Assembly: GCF_046119375.1 (NCBI RefSeq)
Contig: NW_027363790.1
Location: 310,001 to 374,000, forward strand
Length of the DNA: 64,000 nucleotides
Direction: 5' to 3'
Origin: Phyllobates terribilis
Taxonomy: Eukaryota
The position numbers and the translations under genes are program-made. Shown here piece by piece: positions 13,270 to 25,388 of the stretch; position 1 is the first letter of the stretch; each line of letters begins with the position of its first letter. Under the pieces are notes generated by a model, which saw only the letters and a list, made by a program, of their open reading frames with translations, made no database searches and was not told the origin of the DNA.

Positions 13270-16200
13270 GCCAACCGGCAGCGCTGAAGACACTTTCAAA
13301 GGGAACGCTGGCTGCTGGGCATGATAAAACCTCCAAAGCGTGAGAGGCGAGCTCAGGCCATTCATCCATTTTTGAAGACCAAAATGTAAAAGGGTCCAAA
13401 CCCTCCCTGATGGTATTGATATTGAACTCTAGATACTCCTGCACCATCCTCTAAAGTCGTTCATCACGTGTCAGACTTGTACTCTGTTGTGCTGGTGCAA
13501 AAAATATGTGAAAAGATTCACAGAAATTGCTTCTGCCACTTACTCTGCTGCTGCTAATGTTTTGGCGTTGACGAACTGATGTGCTGGAGGTTGAAAGACT
13601 ACAGCTGCGATGCACACTGTGTGCCTCACTGTTATCTTGGGGAAAACCTCTATTAAGGTTGCTTAAAAGCTTGTTTCGATACTCCAACATAAGCGGGTCC
13701 CTTTCCGGAGCGGGAAGCATCTGGCAAAATTGACTCTTATAACGTGGATCTAACAGGGTGGCAACCAAGTAGTCAGCATTATTTCGAATCTTAACTATAC
13801 GGGGATTATGTTGCAGATAGAGCATCAAAAAGGCACTCATATGTCGGGCTCTTCCAGGAGGTCCAAAGCCAGGCTGTATTGTGGGCTGCGTAACACTGAT
13901 GCTTGTACCCTCCATCCCCTCCTGCCAACGACATTCAAACAAGAGGGGATGATTATCCTCTTCATCCTCTGACAGCTGCTCACCCATCACCTCTTCCTCC
14001 TCCATTAGTTCCTCGGCTTTTGCATCTTCACTAACAGTTTGCCTGGTATCACCAAACCCCCTTGATCGCTGTAATCCACCGTCACTTGGCATCCACCTGT
14101 GTGACGACAGACTGGAAATTTGAGACATTGGTATCCCTTCCGCACCCTCCTCTTGTTCTGGGGCCACCACCTCCTGCTGCAGGTTATTTCAAAGTTTGCT
14201 CCAGCATGTATATGACCGGAAGAGTGATGCTGATGCCATCGTCAGCGCTAACCAGTTTAGTAGCCATTTCAAAACCATGCAAAAGGGTGCAGAGGTCCTT
14301 AATCTGTTCCCACTCCGCAAATGTGATATGCCCCAAGTCCGTACTGCGTTGCTTCAAGCTGTACGTGATGACATACTGCGTCAGAGCTCGTTGCTGCTGG
14401 CACAGTCGCTGCAACATGTGCAGAGTGGAATTCCACCGCATCGGCACATTGCAGATCCAACCTGTTAACTGGCACAGACAAAGACCTCTGTATTGATGCA
14501 AGTCAATGACATGAAGGGTGCGAACGGTGGAAGTGAGCACACAGCTTCTGTACTTTGTGAAGCAGCTCATCCAGGCCAGGATAGTGGCGAGAAATCGCTG
14601 TACCACCAGGTTGAGGACGTGAGCCATGCAAGGCACGTGTGCGAGCTTGCCTCGGCCTAGGGCCACTAACAGGTTCGCACCGTTATCGCACATGGCCTTC
14701 CCTGGCTCTAGGTTCAGCGGAGACAGCCATTGCTGAAACTGAGCCTGGAGATCTGCCCACAACTCTTCACCTGTATGACTGCAATTTCCAAGGCATATTA
14801 ATTTGAAGACTGCCTGATTATGGTGAGCCCTGACTGCGCATTACGGAGGTGGTGTATATTCGCTCCGCACCCTTGGAACGCGTGTCTCGTTAAGGCAGAG
14901 GTTGAGTGCGTAGGTGGAGGCCCTAGAGGGGAGGTGGAGGATGCAGAAGCAGCGGAGGAAGTGGGAAATACAGAGGTTTCTTCTGCAAGCCTTGGGGATT
15001 TCAAGATTTGTGGAGCAGCCCCTTCCCCGCCTGCCCCCACAGCCACCAGAGTCACCCAGTGCCCAGTCAGCGAGATGTAATGCACTTGGCTATGCTTACT
15101 TGTCTAAGTGTCTGTGGTGAAATGCACCCTGGCGCACATGGATTTCGACAAGGAACGGGTGAAGTTGTCTGTGACATGCTGGTGTAGCGCAGGCACAGCT
15201 TTCTTAGAGAAGTAATGGAGACTGGGCAACTGGTACTGGGGAACTGCGACGGCCAATAGTTTTCGGAAACTGTATCTACCAGACCCAAAGGCAACATTTC
15301 TGTGGCCAACAGATTGAAGATGGTGGAGTTCAAGCTCTTAGCTTTGTCATGCGTAGGATGAAACAATCTTTTACGCGACCACAACTGCGGGACCGAGGGC
15401 TGGCTAAGGTGCTGAGAGAGGGTGCAGTATGGTGAACCGGAAAAACTGGTGGAGTGTGAGTGAGGTGAAGAAGTTACGGTGGATTGAGAAACATGCGGTG
15501 TGCTCGGTGAAACAAACACAGCAGACGTGTCCGCTTCCGTTACAGCTGACAAGCTGTCACTCAGCCTGACTGGAGCGGGTAAAGAACCGGAGTTTCTGCG
15601 ATGGGAGACCTGCGTGACAATACTTGGCACGGTAACAGAGGAGGAGGAAGAAGCAGCGGATGTGTTTGATGGGGCAGCTGATGGTTGTTGAAGTGCGCTG
15701 TTCCGCATTTCAGCGCGGTAAGATTCCCAGCATAAAGAATGTTGTTTGAGCATGTGAACGTTCATGCATATAGTAGTCAAATTATTGCAGTTTTTCCCTC
15801 TACTGAATTTTTTATTGCAATGTTTGCAGATAACGTGAGTTGGCTCATCCTTTGCAGTGACAAAAAAGGCCCATGCATGGCAACCCTTGCTGCCCCTGCG
15901 AGCTGCAGACCGTGACCCCTTCTGGCCACAGCCATAGTTGTGGCTGAGGATGCAGTGCTCCTTGTGCTTGCATCACTCCATGTCTGTGCCGTAGGGTGAA
16001 ATGTAACCTCCTTGTCTTCCTCCTCCACCTCCTCTGATGAGCTACTCGGCTGTGTGACTCTGGGTTCACACCAAGTAGGATCTTCAACCTGGTCATCATC
16101 CAATGTGTTATCCCATTCCTCTCCCTCAGAGTGACCCCTCTCCTCTTGCTGCCCTGACAGCACAGTACTGTCCGCATGAGATTCAGTTATCTGAGTCTCA

Positions 16201-16290
16201 TCGGGATCACCTCCCTCCCCTGTGGTTATCGTCTGGTGATGAGGTTCAGGAGCCTGCTTGGACCCTACTTCGTCCTGCCCCGAATCCAAG
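13270..16290 (-). pseudogene. hAT transposase pseudogene with BED finger and hATC dimerisation domain
   Basis: BED-like AWAFF..CKHC..HMLKQH; CDNGANL, CMAHVLNLVVQ, RWNSTLHML; WPELASHALEVLSCPAASV..SAAG; truncated just after SAAG. Confidence 0.88.
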
Positions 16291-17844
16291 CTAAAAAAAA
16301 TTTGGGCATCGGTGCAGATGCTTTCCTCCCCTTGACTCTGTCACTGTTTGGAGTACACTTCTGATGCCCATGGTGTAGAATGGGTGAATAGTTCTACAGA
16401 CTCGCCCATCTGTGGTTCGCTATAGTCAGTTGGTCAGTTGTGACGTGGGGGGGGGGGGCATGGGTAATTGGGGTGCCACCTCTGTGGACTGTAGTGAGTG
16501 TGATGTTGAGATGGAGGAAGAAGAGGAGAGGGCACTGGAAGCAGACCTTGCCATCCACTGGAGCACCTGATCTTTCTGGGCCTTATCAACAAGGCATCCA
16601 CTAACAGTTGTCAGTTATCTTTGGATAGGACCGTTTTGTGATGTCCCCTACTGTATTACTTTAGGAACAGAAGATTTTTTTTTTAATGTGGATGAGGCCA
16701 GTATAGCATAGAATATATGCTCCAAAATGTTTCAAACTCAGATCTAGCCAGCTGTATCACTTTACTCAGAGCAAAAAATATTTTTGGGTTACACTGCATA
16801 AGCTCTGCGTCCAGCTGACTTTGACCCCCACTGACGTAGTAGCTGTCTTATAGCACTGTATGACTTTTGGCACAGGAAAAAATATTTTTTGGACTGGGTT
16901 TAGCAAGAGAAAAAAAATCTATTTTTTTTACTCTGAAACCACCAGAAGTTCAACTCCACTAAAATAGTATCTGGCACTAAAAAAAACTTTAGTGCACACA
17001 GCTTTCAATATCACAATAGCAGCAGAAAAAAACTGATTTTGTGCTCTGCAATAAGAAGCTCTGCAGACTGTGAAGAGCACAATTTCAACCCCACTAAATG
17101 AAAAGGTGCACTGCGCTTGCTTGATCACATTAGCAATTGCAAAAAAACATTCAAGGTATCCTGAGACATGGAGCTCTATACCAGCGGTGCACAGCACTAT
17201 TGTATGGCATGGGCCATCTGTTTCTGTCAGAATCTTGCACAAGAACACCAAAAATGTGCTGCACCAGCGGTTGCAGAGGTACACAGGCAAGGAATTATCT
17301 ACACTATCTGACTACCACACAAGCGCCCATCTATCTAGCTAATATCTCTCATTACACAGGAGAACTCTGAGCTGCGTCTGTCTCCAGCAGTGACATGCAT
17401 ATAATGGCGCTGAGGGAACATGGCCGCTTTTTATATTGAGAGGACATGTGATTTCTGCAGCCAATTGCAGAAGCCCTTATGTCTGGACAGTGTAGATGCT
17501 TCCTGTGCTATGATTGGCTGGCTGCGCTTTCTCCAGTTAAAGTTACCGCCCACAGGAAAAAAGAAAAATAAAGTGCGCTGTTGGCTGATCTGACCTGTTC
17601 TAAGCTCTCCCCAGCCCCCACACTCACCTGGCACGTCACCCCCCCCCATCATACACTTGCACTATGCTAACAAAACTGTTCAAAATGCTGTGGTTGCCCT
17701 GTATTCGCGGTCCCACGCAAGTTCTTAAAACTTTTCAGATTTTAAGAAAATTTCATCGCCTTTGTGATCACGAATCTGAATGTGCCATATTTGTGCCGAA
17801 TTTGAAACTTTTGAACATTTGCCGAACAAATTCACTCAACACTA

Positions 17845-18303
17845 GTGACGACCACAGTTTTAGGCTGGGGTCTTTTTGTACAGTATTGTTCAGCGACCAA
17901 GTGTGAATAAGTTCAACAACACACAGCTGGCTAACTTTAAATTGAGTATGTTCGGTATGCTCCACAAAATGTCTGTATTATTATGGCAGTAATATGGGAT
18001 CAGGTGTGACGATCACGGTTTTAGGCTGGGCCCTTTTAGTATAGTATTGTTCAACCACCAAGTGTGAATAAGTTCAACAATACACAGCTGGCTGACTTTA
18101 AATCGAGTATATTTGGCACGCTCGACAAAATGTCTATTATTACGGCAGGAATATGGGATCAGGTGTGATGATGGAAAATTGTCTCTGCTTTACAATACAG
18201 CAATGTGAATAAAATAAAAAAAATGCCTGTATTCTGCTAACAAGCATATGGAGCAGCAAAATGGTGTACTGTATTGCTTTTTAAGCTACTAATCAGGATT
18301 AAG

Positions 18304-18342
<39 letters not shown>

Positions 18343-18850
18343 CTGATATCTGGGGCCATGTCTACAGATATCTGTAACAGCAGGAGCAGACAGAACGTGC
18401 AATGGACCCTATTGTGCTGTATACAGTGTCCACAAAATCTGCCTGCCTAACTCCTGCTATCACCACTGAATATATGCAGCTGGATTAGTCCTCAGAAGGA
18501 CTGTTAGTTCAGATGGATATCTATCTTGGTGTGGAATACCTATACCTAACTATTACACTGCCAATTCTGTCCTTCACACAGCAGCACCTCTCCCTACTCT
18601 GCCTGTTTCTGGGTTAGACTCTGATGAGCATAGGGGCACCAGGTCTTATATATACCCGATGACGATATGCGGCCAGCCAATCACTCTAATGCCACAACCA
18701 AGATGGCTATGGCATTACAGTGAGTGGCAGATAATCCCTGCATGTTCACTGTCTCTCTTAAGAGCACCAAACATGCAGGACGGGGACCCGAGCTCCCGCC
18801 CAAGCATCCCGGAAATACTCGCCAAGCATGTCGAGCAGTGAAACCCTCAG
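17845..18850 (-). mobile_element. 5' subterminal fragment of another hAT element
   Basis: 18640-18760 is reverse-complement-similar to 43360-43450; 17845-18170 has two ~160-bp units also seen inverted at 176-310. Confidence 0.55.
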
Positions 18851-19926
18851 GCGAGTGCCACATCCACATCCCCGTTCCTTAACGTCACCCTTTCCCATAT
18901 TGGATGCTTTATGAAAAAAAAAATCCCTGGCTTTATTTTTCACAAGTACCCTCACAGATGTGTTATGTATAAATTCCCTGTATGTAGTAATGTGTGGGTA
19001 ATTTTTTTTAGCTTTATTAGACACAGCAACAGTAGACTCAGGAAAATTACTGGTAAACAGTGACGTTTGAGTATCCCAGCAGACTTTGCGCCAGTCACAA
19101 CTGTTGGATAAATATACGCTTTTTATTTAACCAATAGCACAGTAATTTTTTCGTTATACTGCCTTTATGACACACGCCAACAGCAGACTCAGGAAAATTA
19201 CTGGTAAATAGTTTAGTTTGCATAGCTCAGCAGGCTTTGCGCCAGTCGCACAACTGCTAGATAAATATACGCTATTTCAGCAATAGGCCAGGAATATTAT
19301 TTAGCTGAAAAAATTGTTTAGTACATGCTGGTACTGAGGAATATTATTTTGCTCTATAAAAGAGCTGTTTTGTATATTATGGTACTGGATATGAAACCCG
19401 GCCTCTCTCCCAACTCCCATAATCTGTTCCTACATTATAGACAACCTACAAAAAGAGTGGCGTGACAGAGCCCAAAAAAAGAGTCAGGTCAACATCATAA
19501 TGATTCCAGATTAAAAAAAACGGTTTTATTGTGTATTGAAAATATAAAAAGGAGGTCCCACGGACACTCCTAAATAGATCACAACCAATAAAATAGTAGG
19601 TCATAGGTGAAAACTACACAAAGGACAGAGATACAACCATGTGAGTCCACAAATATGGGTACATGAAAAGAAGTGACAATATTATCAATCCAAGTATCAA
19701 TAAATCCAGTTACCAATTAATTGGACAACGTAACTTACAAGCACTGTATACAATCATGCATATGTGTTGTCTTGGCATCATAACAGTAAAGGTGCCCATA
19801 AGACATGTGTAACCTTCTATGATGTCCAGAAATATAATGACATTGCCTGGGAAGAGAAATTGACCCTGACATAAAGATGAGTCATAACATACCCATAGTG
19901 CGGTATGGACCGGTGTCTCGCTGGGG

Positions 19927-19962
19927 CCCCGACGCGCGTTTCGCGTGAGGCTCTTCGGGGGG
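19927..19962 (-). ncRNA. Hammerhead-like motif (U4C variant) next to a Penelope-like relic
   Basis: Minus strand: cccc-CCGAAGA-GC-ctcac-GC-GAAA-CGCGCG-TC-gggg; palindromic stem III ACGCGCGU, GUC triplet, 4-bp stem I; core has C instead of U4. Confidence 0.5.
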
Positions 19963-20100
19963 CGTTGTGCACAACGTTGTGCCAGGATAACACATATGCA
20001 TGATTGTATACGGTGCTTGTAAGTTACGTTAAACAACCAAAATATCCAGATCAATATATACTAAACGTCTAGACAAAGAAGAGATACCAGCTGCATATAA

Positions 20101-21060
20101 AAGGTAGGTGGTGACAGATATAAGGTAATTAATTTATCTACCCATACCTTATCCAAAACTCAACTAACACTCTTAGGGCCCCGTCACACTTAGCGACGCT
20201 GCAACGATCCCGACAACGATACGACCTGTCAGGGATCGTTGCTGCGTCGCTATGTGGTCGCTGGTGAGATGTCAAACAGGCAGGCTCACCAAAGATCAGG
20301 GGAGCAGCGATATTGTGGAAAGAATCTTTCCACGATGTCCTGCTCCTGGTTACCAGCCTGCTGCTGAAGCAGGAGCAGGCTGGTAACCATGATAAACATC
20401 GGGTTACTAAGGGCACACGCGCACCTAGTAACCCGTTGTTTATCATGGTTACCACTCTGCTACAGTGAGCGGGAGGTTACTGCTCACTTTAGCAGGCTCG
20501 TAACCATGATAAACAACGGGTTACTAGGTGCGCGTGTGCCCCTAGTAATCCGATGTTTATCATGGTTACCAGCCTGATCGCTGCTCCCGGTGGTCACACA
20601 CAGCGATGTGTGCTGACCAGCGGGAGGGCAACGACCAAAAAATGGTCCAGGACACTTTGCAGCGATCAGCGACCTCAGAGCAGGGGTCTGATCGTTGCAA
20701 AGTGTCACACAGAGCGACATCGCTGGTGAGGTCGCTGTTGCGTCACCAAAATCGTGACACAGCGGCGATCTCGCTAGCGATCTCGCTATGTGAGACGGGG
20801 GCTTTAGAGAAGGGCCCTACCTATTCTCCCGTTCATCACCTAGACCCGTTCACGACACTGAAAGATACACATCTATTTGCAAGGAAACTCATTTACAAAA
20901 AATTACATTACAAAACAGCGTTACATGAACTATTTCCTACCAGAGAAGAAAGGGAAGCATTGGAAAACCTGGAATCTCTGGAGGCAGAAAGTAATTCAGA
21001 GATTAGTGACTTTCCCCGTAATCTATGTAACAAATCTAAGAAATTTTCAGCCCTCAGCCT
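20101..21060 (+). pseudogene. Penelope-like element ORF N-terminal fragment (split by MITE)
   Basis: Removing the MITE and one TTA restores KVINLSTHTLSKTQLTLLEKGPTYSP..KDTHLFARKL, matching the VINLS..L.KGL.F.P motif that precedes Penelope-like RTs. Confidence 0.7.
20176..20803. mobile_element. PIF/Harbinger-type MITE
   Basis: TTA TSD (20173-20175 / 20804-20806); imperfect TIR GGGCCCCGTCACAC. Confidence 0.85.
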
Positions 21061-21063
21061 ATG

Positions 21064-22587
21064 TCAAAAAGGGGACAAAAACTGAACTTGGAAATTATAG
21101 GCCAGTAAACTTAACCTCTACTGTGGGTAAAATCCTGGAGGGTTTCCTAAGAGATGCTATACTAGAGTATCAGAAGAAGAAGAACCTCATGACCCAATAT
21201 CAACATGGGTTTACGAGGGACCGTTCCTGTCAGACTAATCTGATCAGCTTTTATGAAGAGGTAAGTTCCGGACTGGACCCAGGAAATGCAGTGGATGTTG
21301 TGTATATGGACTTTTCAAAAGCTTTTGATACGGTTCCACACAAAAGGTTGATACATAAAATGAGAACAATGGGGATAGGGGAAAATATAAGTAAGTGGTT
21401 TAAGAACTGGCTCAGTGATAGGAAACAAAGGGTGGTTATTAATGGAAAACACTCAGACTGGGTCTCAGTTAACAGTGGGGTACCACAGGGGTCAGTATTG
21501 GGCCCACTTCTTTTTAACATATTTATTAATGACCTTGTAGGGGGCATACAGAGTAGTATTTCAATATTTGCAGATGACATTAAACTCTGCAGGGTAATCA
21601 ATACAGAGGAGGACAATTCTATATTACAGGAGGATCTATGTAAACTAGAAGCTCAGGCTCATAAATAGCAAATGAACTTTAATGGGGATACATATAAGGT
21701 AATGCACTTGGGCAGAGGAAATTAAAATGTATAATTATATGCTTAATTGTAAATCACTGGGTAAAACTGTCACTGAAAAAGACCTGGGTGTATTGGTGGA
21801 AGACAAGCTCACGTTTAGTGGCCAGTGTCAGGCAGCTGCTGCAAAGGCAAATAAAATAATGGGATGCATTAAAAGAGGCATAGATGCTCATGAGGAGAAC
21901 ATAATTTTACCTCTATACAAGTCAAGAGTGCGACCACACTTAGAATACTGTGTACAGTTCTGGTCTCCGGTGTATAAGAAAGGCATAGCTGAACTAGAGC
22001 GGGTGCAGAGAAGAGCGACCAACGTTATTAGAGGACTGGGGGGTCTGCAATACCAAGACAGGTTATTACACTTGGGGTTATTTACTTTGGAAAAACGAAG
22101 GCTTAGGGGTGATCTTATTACTATGTACAAGTATATGAGGGGACAGTACAAAGACCTTTCTACTGATCTTTTTACTCTGAGGCCAGAGACGGGGACAAGG
22201 GGGCATCTTCTACGTCTGGAGGAATGAAGGTCTAATCATAATCACAGACGCGGATTCTTTACTGTAAGAGCAGTGAGACTATGGATCTCTCTGCCACAGG
22301 ATGTTGTAATGAGTGATTCACTACTAAAATTTAAGAAGCGCCTGGATGCCTTTCTTGAAAAGTATAATATTACAGGTTATAAATACTAGATTCCTTGATA
22401 GGGCGTTGATTCAGGGAACTAGGCTGATTGTCGTATGGAGTCGGGAAGGAATTTTTTCCCCAATGTGGAGCTTAGTGTTTGCCACATGTTTTTTTTTTTT
22501 GCCTTCCTCTGGATCAACATGTTAGGCTATGGGTTGAACTAGATGGACTTAGTCTTCCTTCAACCTTAAAAACTATGTTACTATGTT
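21064..22587 (+). mobile_element. CR1 LINE, 5' truncated, RT with stops/frameshift
   Basis: GNYRPVNLTS, YMDFSKAFDTV, GVPQGSVLGP, IFADD; 3' tail (ACTATGTT)2. Confidence 0.93.
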
Positions 22588-22969
22588 GATATCCTTCACA
22601 TTTATCCCTAAGCAGCCTGTTCGGGCATTGTGCTGCTGGCAGAGCACTCTGAATCTCACACACTTGCTGTCCTAATTCTTGCATTTTTTGCAACAGCTGA
22701 ATACGCTCTTCATGCTGCTTCCTATAAGCATGGAACAAGATCCAGCCTCTTCTGCTCACTGCAATCAGCTCCTTGTTCCTTTCAACTCTCATCCTTTGCA
22801 AACATGTCACCACATTCGCTGGTTCAGCATCTTTCCTACACTTATCCCATGATTCACTTAATCCAACACATTGCGACCACTCATTGGCCAAAACACAGTA
22901 GGGAGCCTGCTCCCAGCCTGGAACATCAACAGATATATTTACAACCTCTTTTTTCTTAAAGAGAGACAT
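22588..22969 (-). pseudogene. Gag-like ORF N-terminus of a second LTR element, truncated at the CR1 tail
   Basis: ATG ~100 nt downstream of a tRNA PBS; MSLFKKKEVV..PGWEQAPY..coiled-coil-like; family not recognised. Confidence 0.6.
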
Positions 22970-23071
22970 GTTTTACGCAATTTCACACACTTTTCAGGAC
23001 TATCGGAATTTGGTCTCAAAATTCCGGATTATCGGAATTTAGCTAAAATTTAAATTTTAAGCCTTCTGCGT

Positions 23072-23089
23072 ATCCCACTTCTGACACCA
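23072..23089 (-). other. tRNA-Leu primer-binding site TGGTGTCAGAAGTGGGAT
   Basis: 18 nt complementary to the vertebrate tRNA-Leu 3' end ATCCCACTTCTGACACCA, 2 nt from the LTR end. Confidence 0.85.
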
Positions 23090-23091
23090 AA

Positions 23092-23728
23092 TGTTTTGGC
23101 AAGTATTTAAGGGGCTCGGATACGGCTTTAAAGAAGGCGATTAATTTTTATTATAATCAAATGATTACAGAAAATAGGAAATAATCTGATATTGCGGACA
23201 CTTTTACATAATATAAATCACAAAGGTAAAGTAGTTACAGCGCACACGGTACAGGAAAAACTTCACCAGGAGCAACATACATCATCTGTCCGGGAAACAT
23301 CATCTGTGAGAAGCAAAACAGCGAAGACAGAGAAAAGTCCTGGGATGAATCCACACTGTGACGTCAGGGCGTCCCCTTTCAGTCCACAGGTCAACAGGCT
23401 TCTGTCTTAGCTGAAAACTTCACTAGCTTATATATTGTTCAAAAACAAATGCCAGCCTAACCAAATGTTACACAAATCCTGACAGGTTCTATTTGTTCAG
23501 TATAGTATCTTTCTTCTGAGTGGCCGGCTCTTCAGGCGTCAATTCACACCGAACAAATATATCAAATATATCACCGGAGATGAAACATGTCAAATGCTCC
23601 TGGTACCTGATGTCTTACCATTCTATAAGCACAGCATATTCTCACCAAATATCGCTAACTAATATAAACATCATTCTCACTAACCATTGATAATAGAGCT
23701 ATGCGGTCCAGGTGTTGGGAAAATTACA
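23092..23728 (-). repeat. 5' LTR (637 bp) of the tRNA-Leu-primed element
   Basis: Minus strand TGTAATTTTCC..CCAAAACA; TATATAA near 23430 and AATAAA near 23150. Confidence 0.7.
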
Positions 23729-23750
23729 GCAAGTACAAGGAAACATAAAC

Positions 23751-24890
23751 TGGGGGCACAGGTGACATTACTAATATATAGGGGCACAGGTGACATTACT
23801 AATATATAGGGGGCACACAGGTGACATTACTAATATATGGGGGCACACAAGTGACATTACTAATATATGGGGCACACAGGTGACATTACTAATATATGGG
23901 GGCACACAAGTGACATTACTAATATATGGGGGCACAGGTGACATTACTGATATATGGGGGCACACAGGGGACATTACTATTATATGGGGGCACACAGGTG
24001 ACATTACTATTATATGGGGGCACACAGGTGACATTACTAATATATGGGGGCACACAGGTGACATAACTATTATATGGGGGCACACAGGTGACATTACTAA
24101 TATATGGGGGCACACAAGTGACATTACTAATATATGAGGGCACACAGAGGGCATTACTAATATATGGGGGCACACAGGTGACATTACTAATATATGGGGG
24201 CACACAGGTGACATAACTATTATATGGGGGCACACAGGTGACATTACTATTATATGGGGGCACACAGGTGACATTACTAATATATGGGGGCACACAGGTG
24301 ACATAACTATTATATGGGGGCACACAGGGGACATTACTAATATATGGGGGCACACAGGTGACATTAGTAATATATGAGGGCACACAGGTGACATTACTAA
24401 TATATGGGGGCACACAGGTGACATTACTAATATATGGGGGCACACAGGGGACATTACTAATATATGGGGGCACACAGGCTACATTACTAATATATGGGGG
24501 CACACAGGTGACATTACTAATATATGGGGGCACACAGGTGACATTACTAATATATGGGGGCACACAAGGGGCAGTAATACTATTTCGGGCACACAGGGGA
24601 CATTACTAATATATGGAGGCACACAGGGGACATTACTAATATATGGGCGCACACAGGAGACATTACTAATATATGAGGGCACACAGGGGACATTACTAAT
24701 ATATGGGGGCACACAGGGGACATTACTAATATATGGGGGCACACAGGAGACATTACTAATATATGGGGGCACACAGGCTACATTACTAATATATGGGGGC
24801 ACACAGGGGACATTACTAATATATGGGGGCACACAGGGGACATTACTAATATATGGGGGGCACACAGGGGGCAGTAATACTATTTCGGGC
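23751..24890. repeat. 30-bp minisatellite (CACACAGGTGACATTACTAATATATGGGGG), ~38 units
   Basis: Directly visible; produces spurious CPHILVMSPV / VPPYISNVTC ORFs. Confidence 0.97.
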
Positions 24891-25136
24891 ACACAGGAGG
24901 AGTTGTGGCCGCTGCAGGTGAATAGGGGAATATTATCTTGTGGGGTCACATGGGGAGAAGGGAGAATTATTACAGTGGCCGGTACAGAGGGGACATTACT
25001 CTCTGGAGGAGAGGAGGAAATAATAAGGACTATAGTGCGTGTGATAATAATGTGTACAGCGCTGTGGAGTGTGACGGCGATATAGACGGAAGAGGAAGAA
25101 ATAATCCGCATAGAGAATAACGCGGAGTCTGCACAG

Positions 25137-25240
25137 ACCTCCAGCTGCAGAGCCGCACACCGGGACAGACGGAGCCACCTGGGGAAGGGCAGCGTGTAGA
25201 TTGGAGGCGGCTGTGTGAGGTGACGTCACCGGATGGGGCA
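25137..25240 (-). promoter_or_regulatory. Orphan first-exon/promoter-like module with CRE palindrome
   Basis: GCGGCTCTGCAGCTGGAG|GTCTGT resembles GCGGCTCTGCAGGTGGAG|GTATGT at 58941; TGACGTCA at 25221-25228. Confidence 0.45.
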
Positions 25241-25388
25241 GGGCCTTCTCCATTTCACTGCGGTAGAGACTAAAGTGAAGTGTGCTATAGGACCTTTGCT
25301 GACATCAGACCAATGTCGCCATGCGAGGCTGTGTCACCGTGAGAGGGCGGAGCCTAGTCAGTGCAGGCGTGATAGCAGAGTTGTGTGG

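Larger units (their letters stand above)
6280..17844 (-). mobile_element. Composite hAT element region (two hAT termini facing inward) hosting the chromovirus
   Basis: TAGGCATGAGCGAAC at 6280, CTCAACACTA ending 17844, subterminal repeats and minus-strand transposase relic inside; 8-bp flanks (ATCAACAG vs GTGACGAC) do not match. Confidence 0.6.

Noticed and set aside
6280-17844. A single intact hAT insertion
   Set aside because: 8-bp flanks differ and left and right host sequences are unrelated
23072-23089. tRNA-Leu gene
   Set aside because: Only the 3' 18 nt including CCA, abutting an LTR; this is a PBS, with no cloverleaf
23500-23545. Third hammerhead (CTGAAGA-GCCGGCC on the minus strand)
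   Set aside because: No GAAAC, stem III or NUH follows; lies within an LTR
23751-24890. Long ORFs (up to 234 aa) and CRISPR-like periodicity
   Set aside because: Head-to-tail 30-bp units without unique spacers, no cas genes, eukaryotic context; ORFs are stop-free artefacts of the repeat
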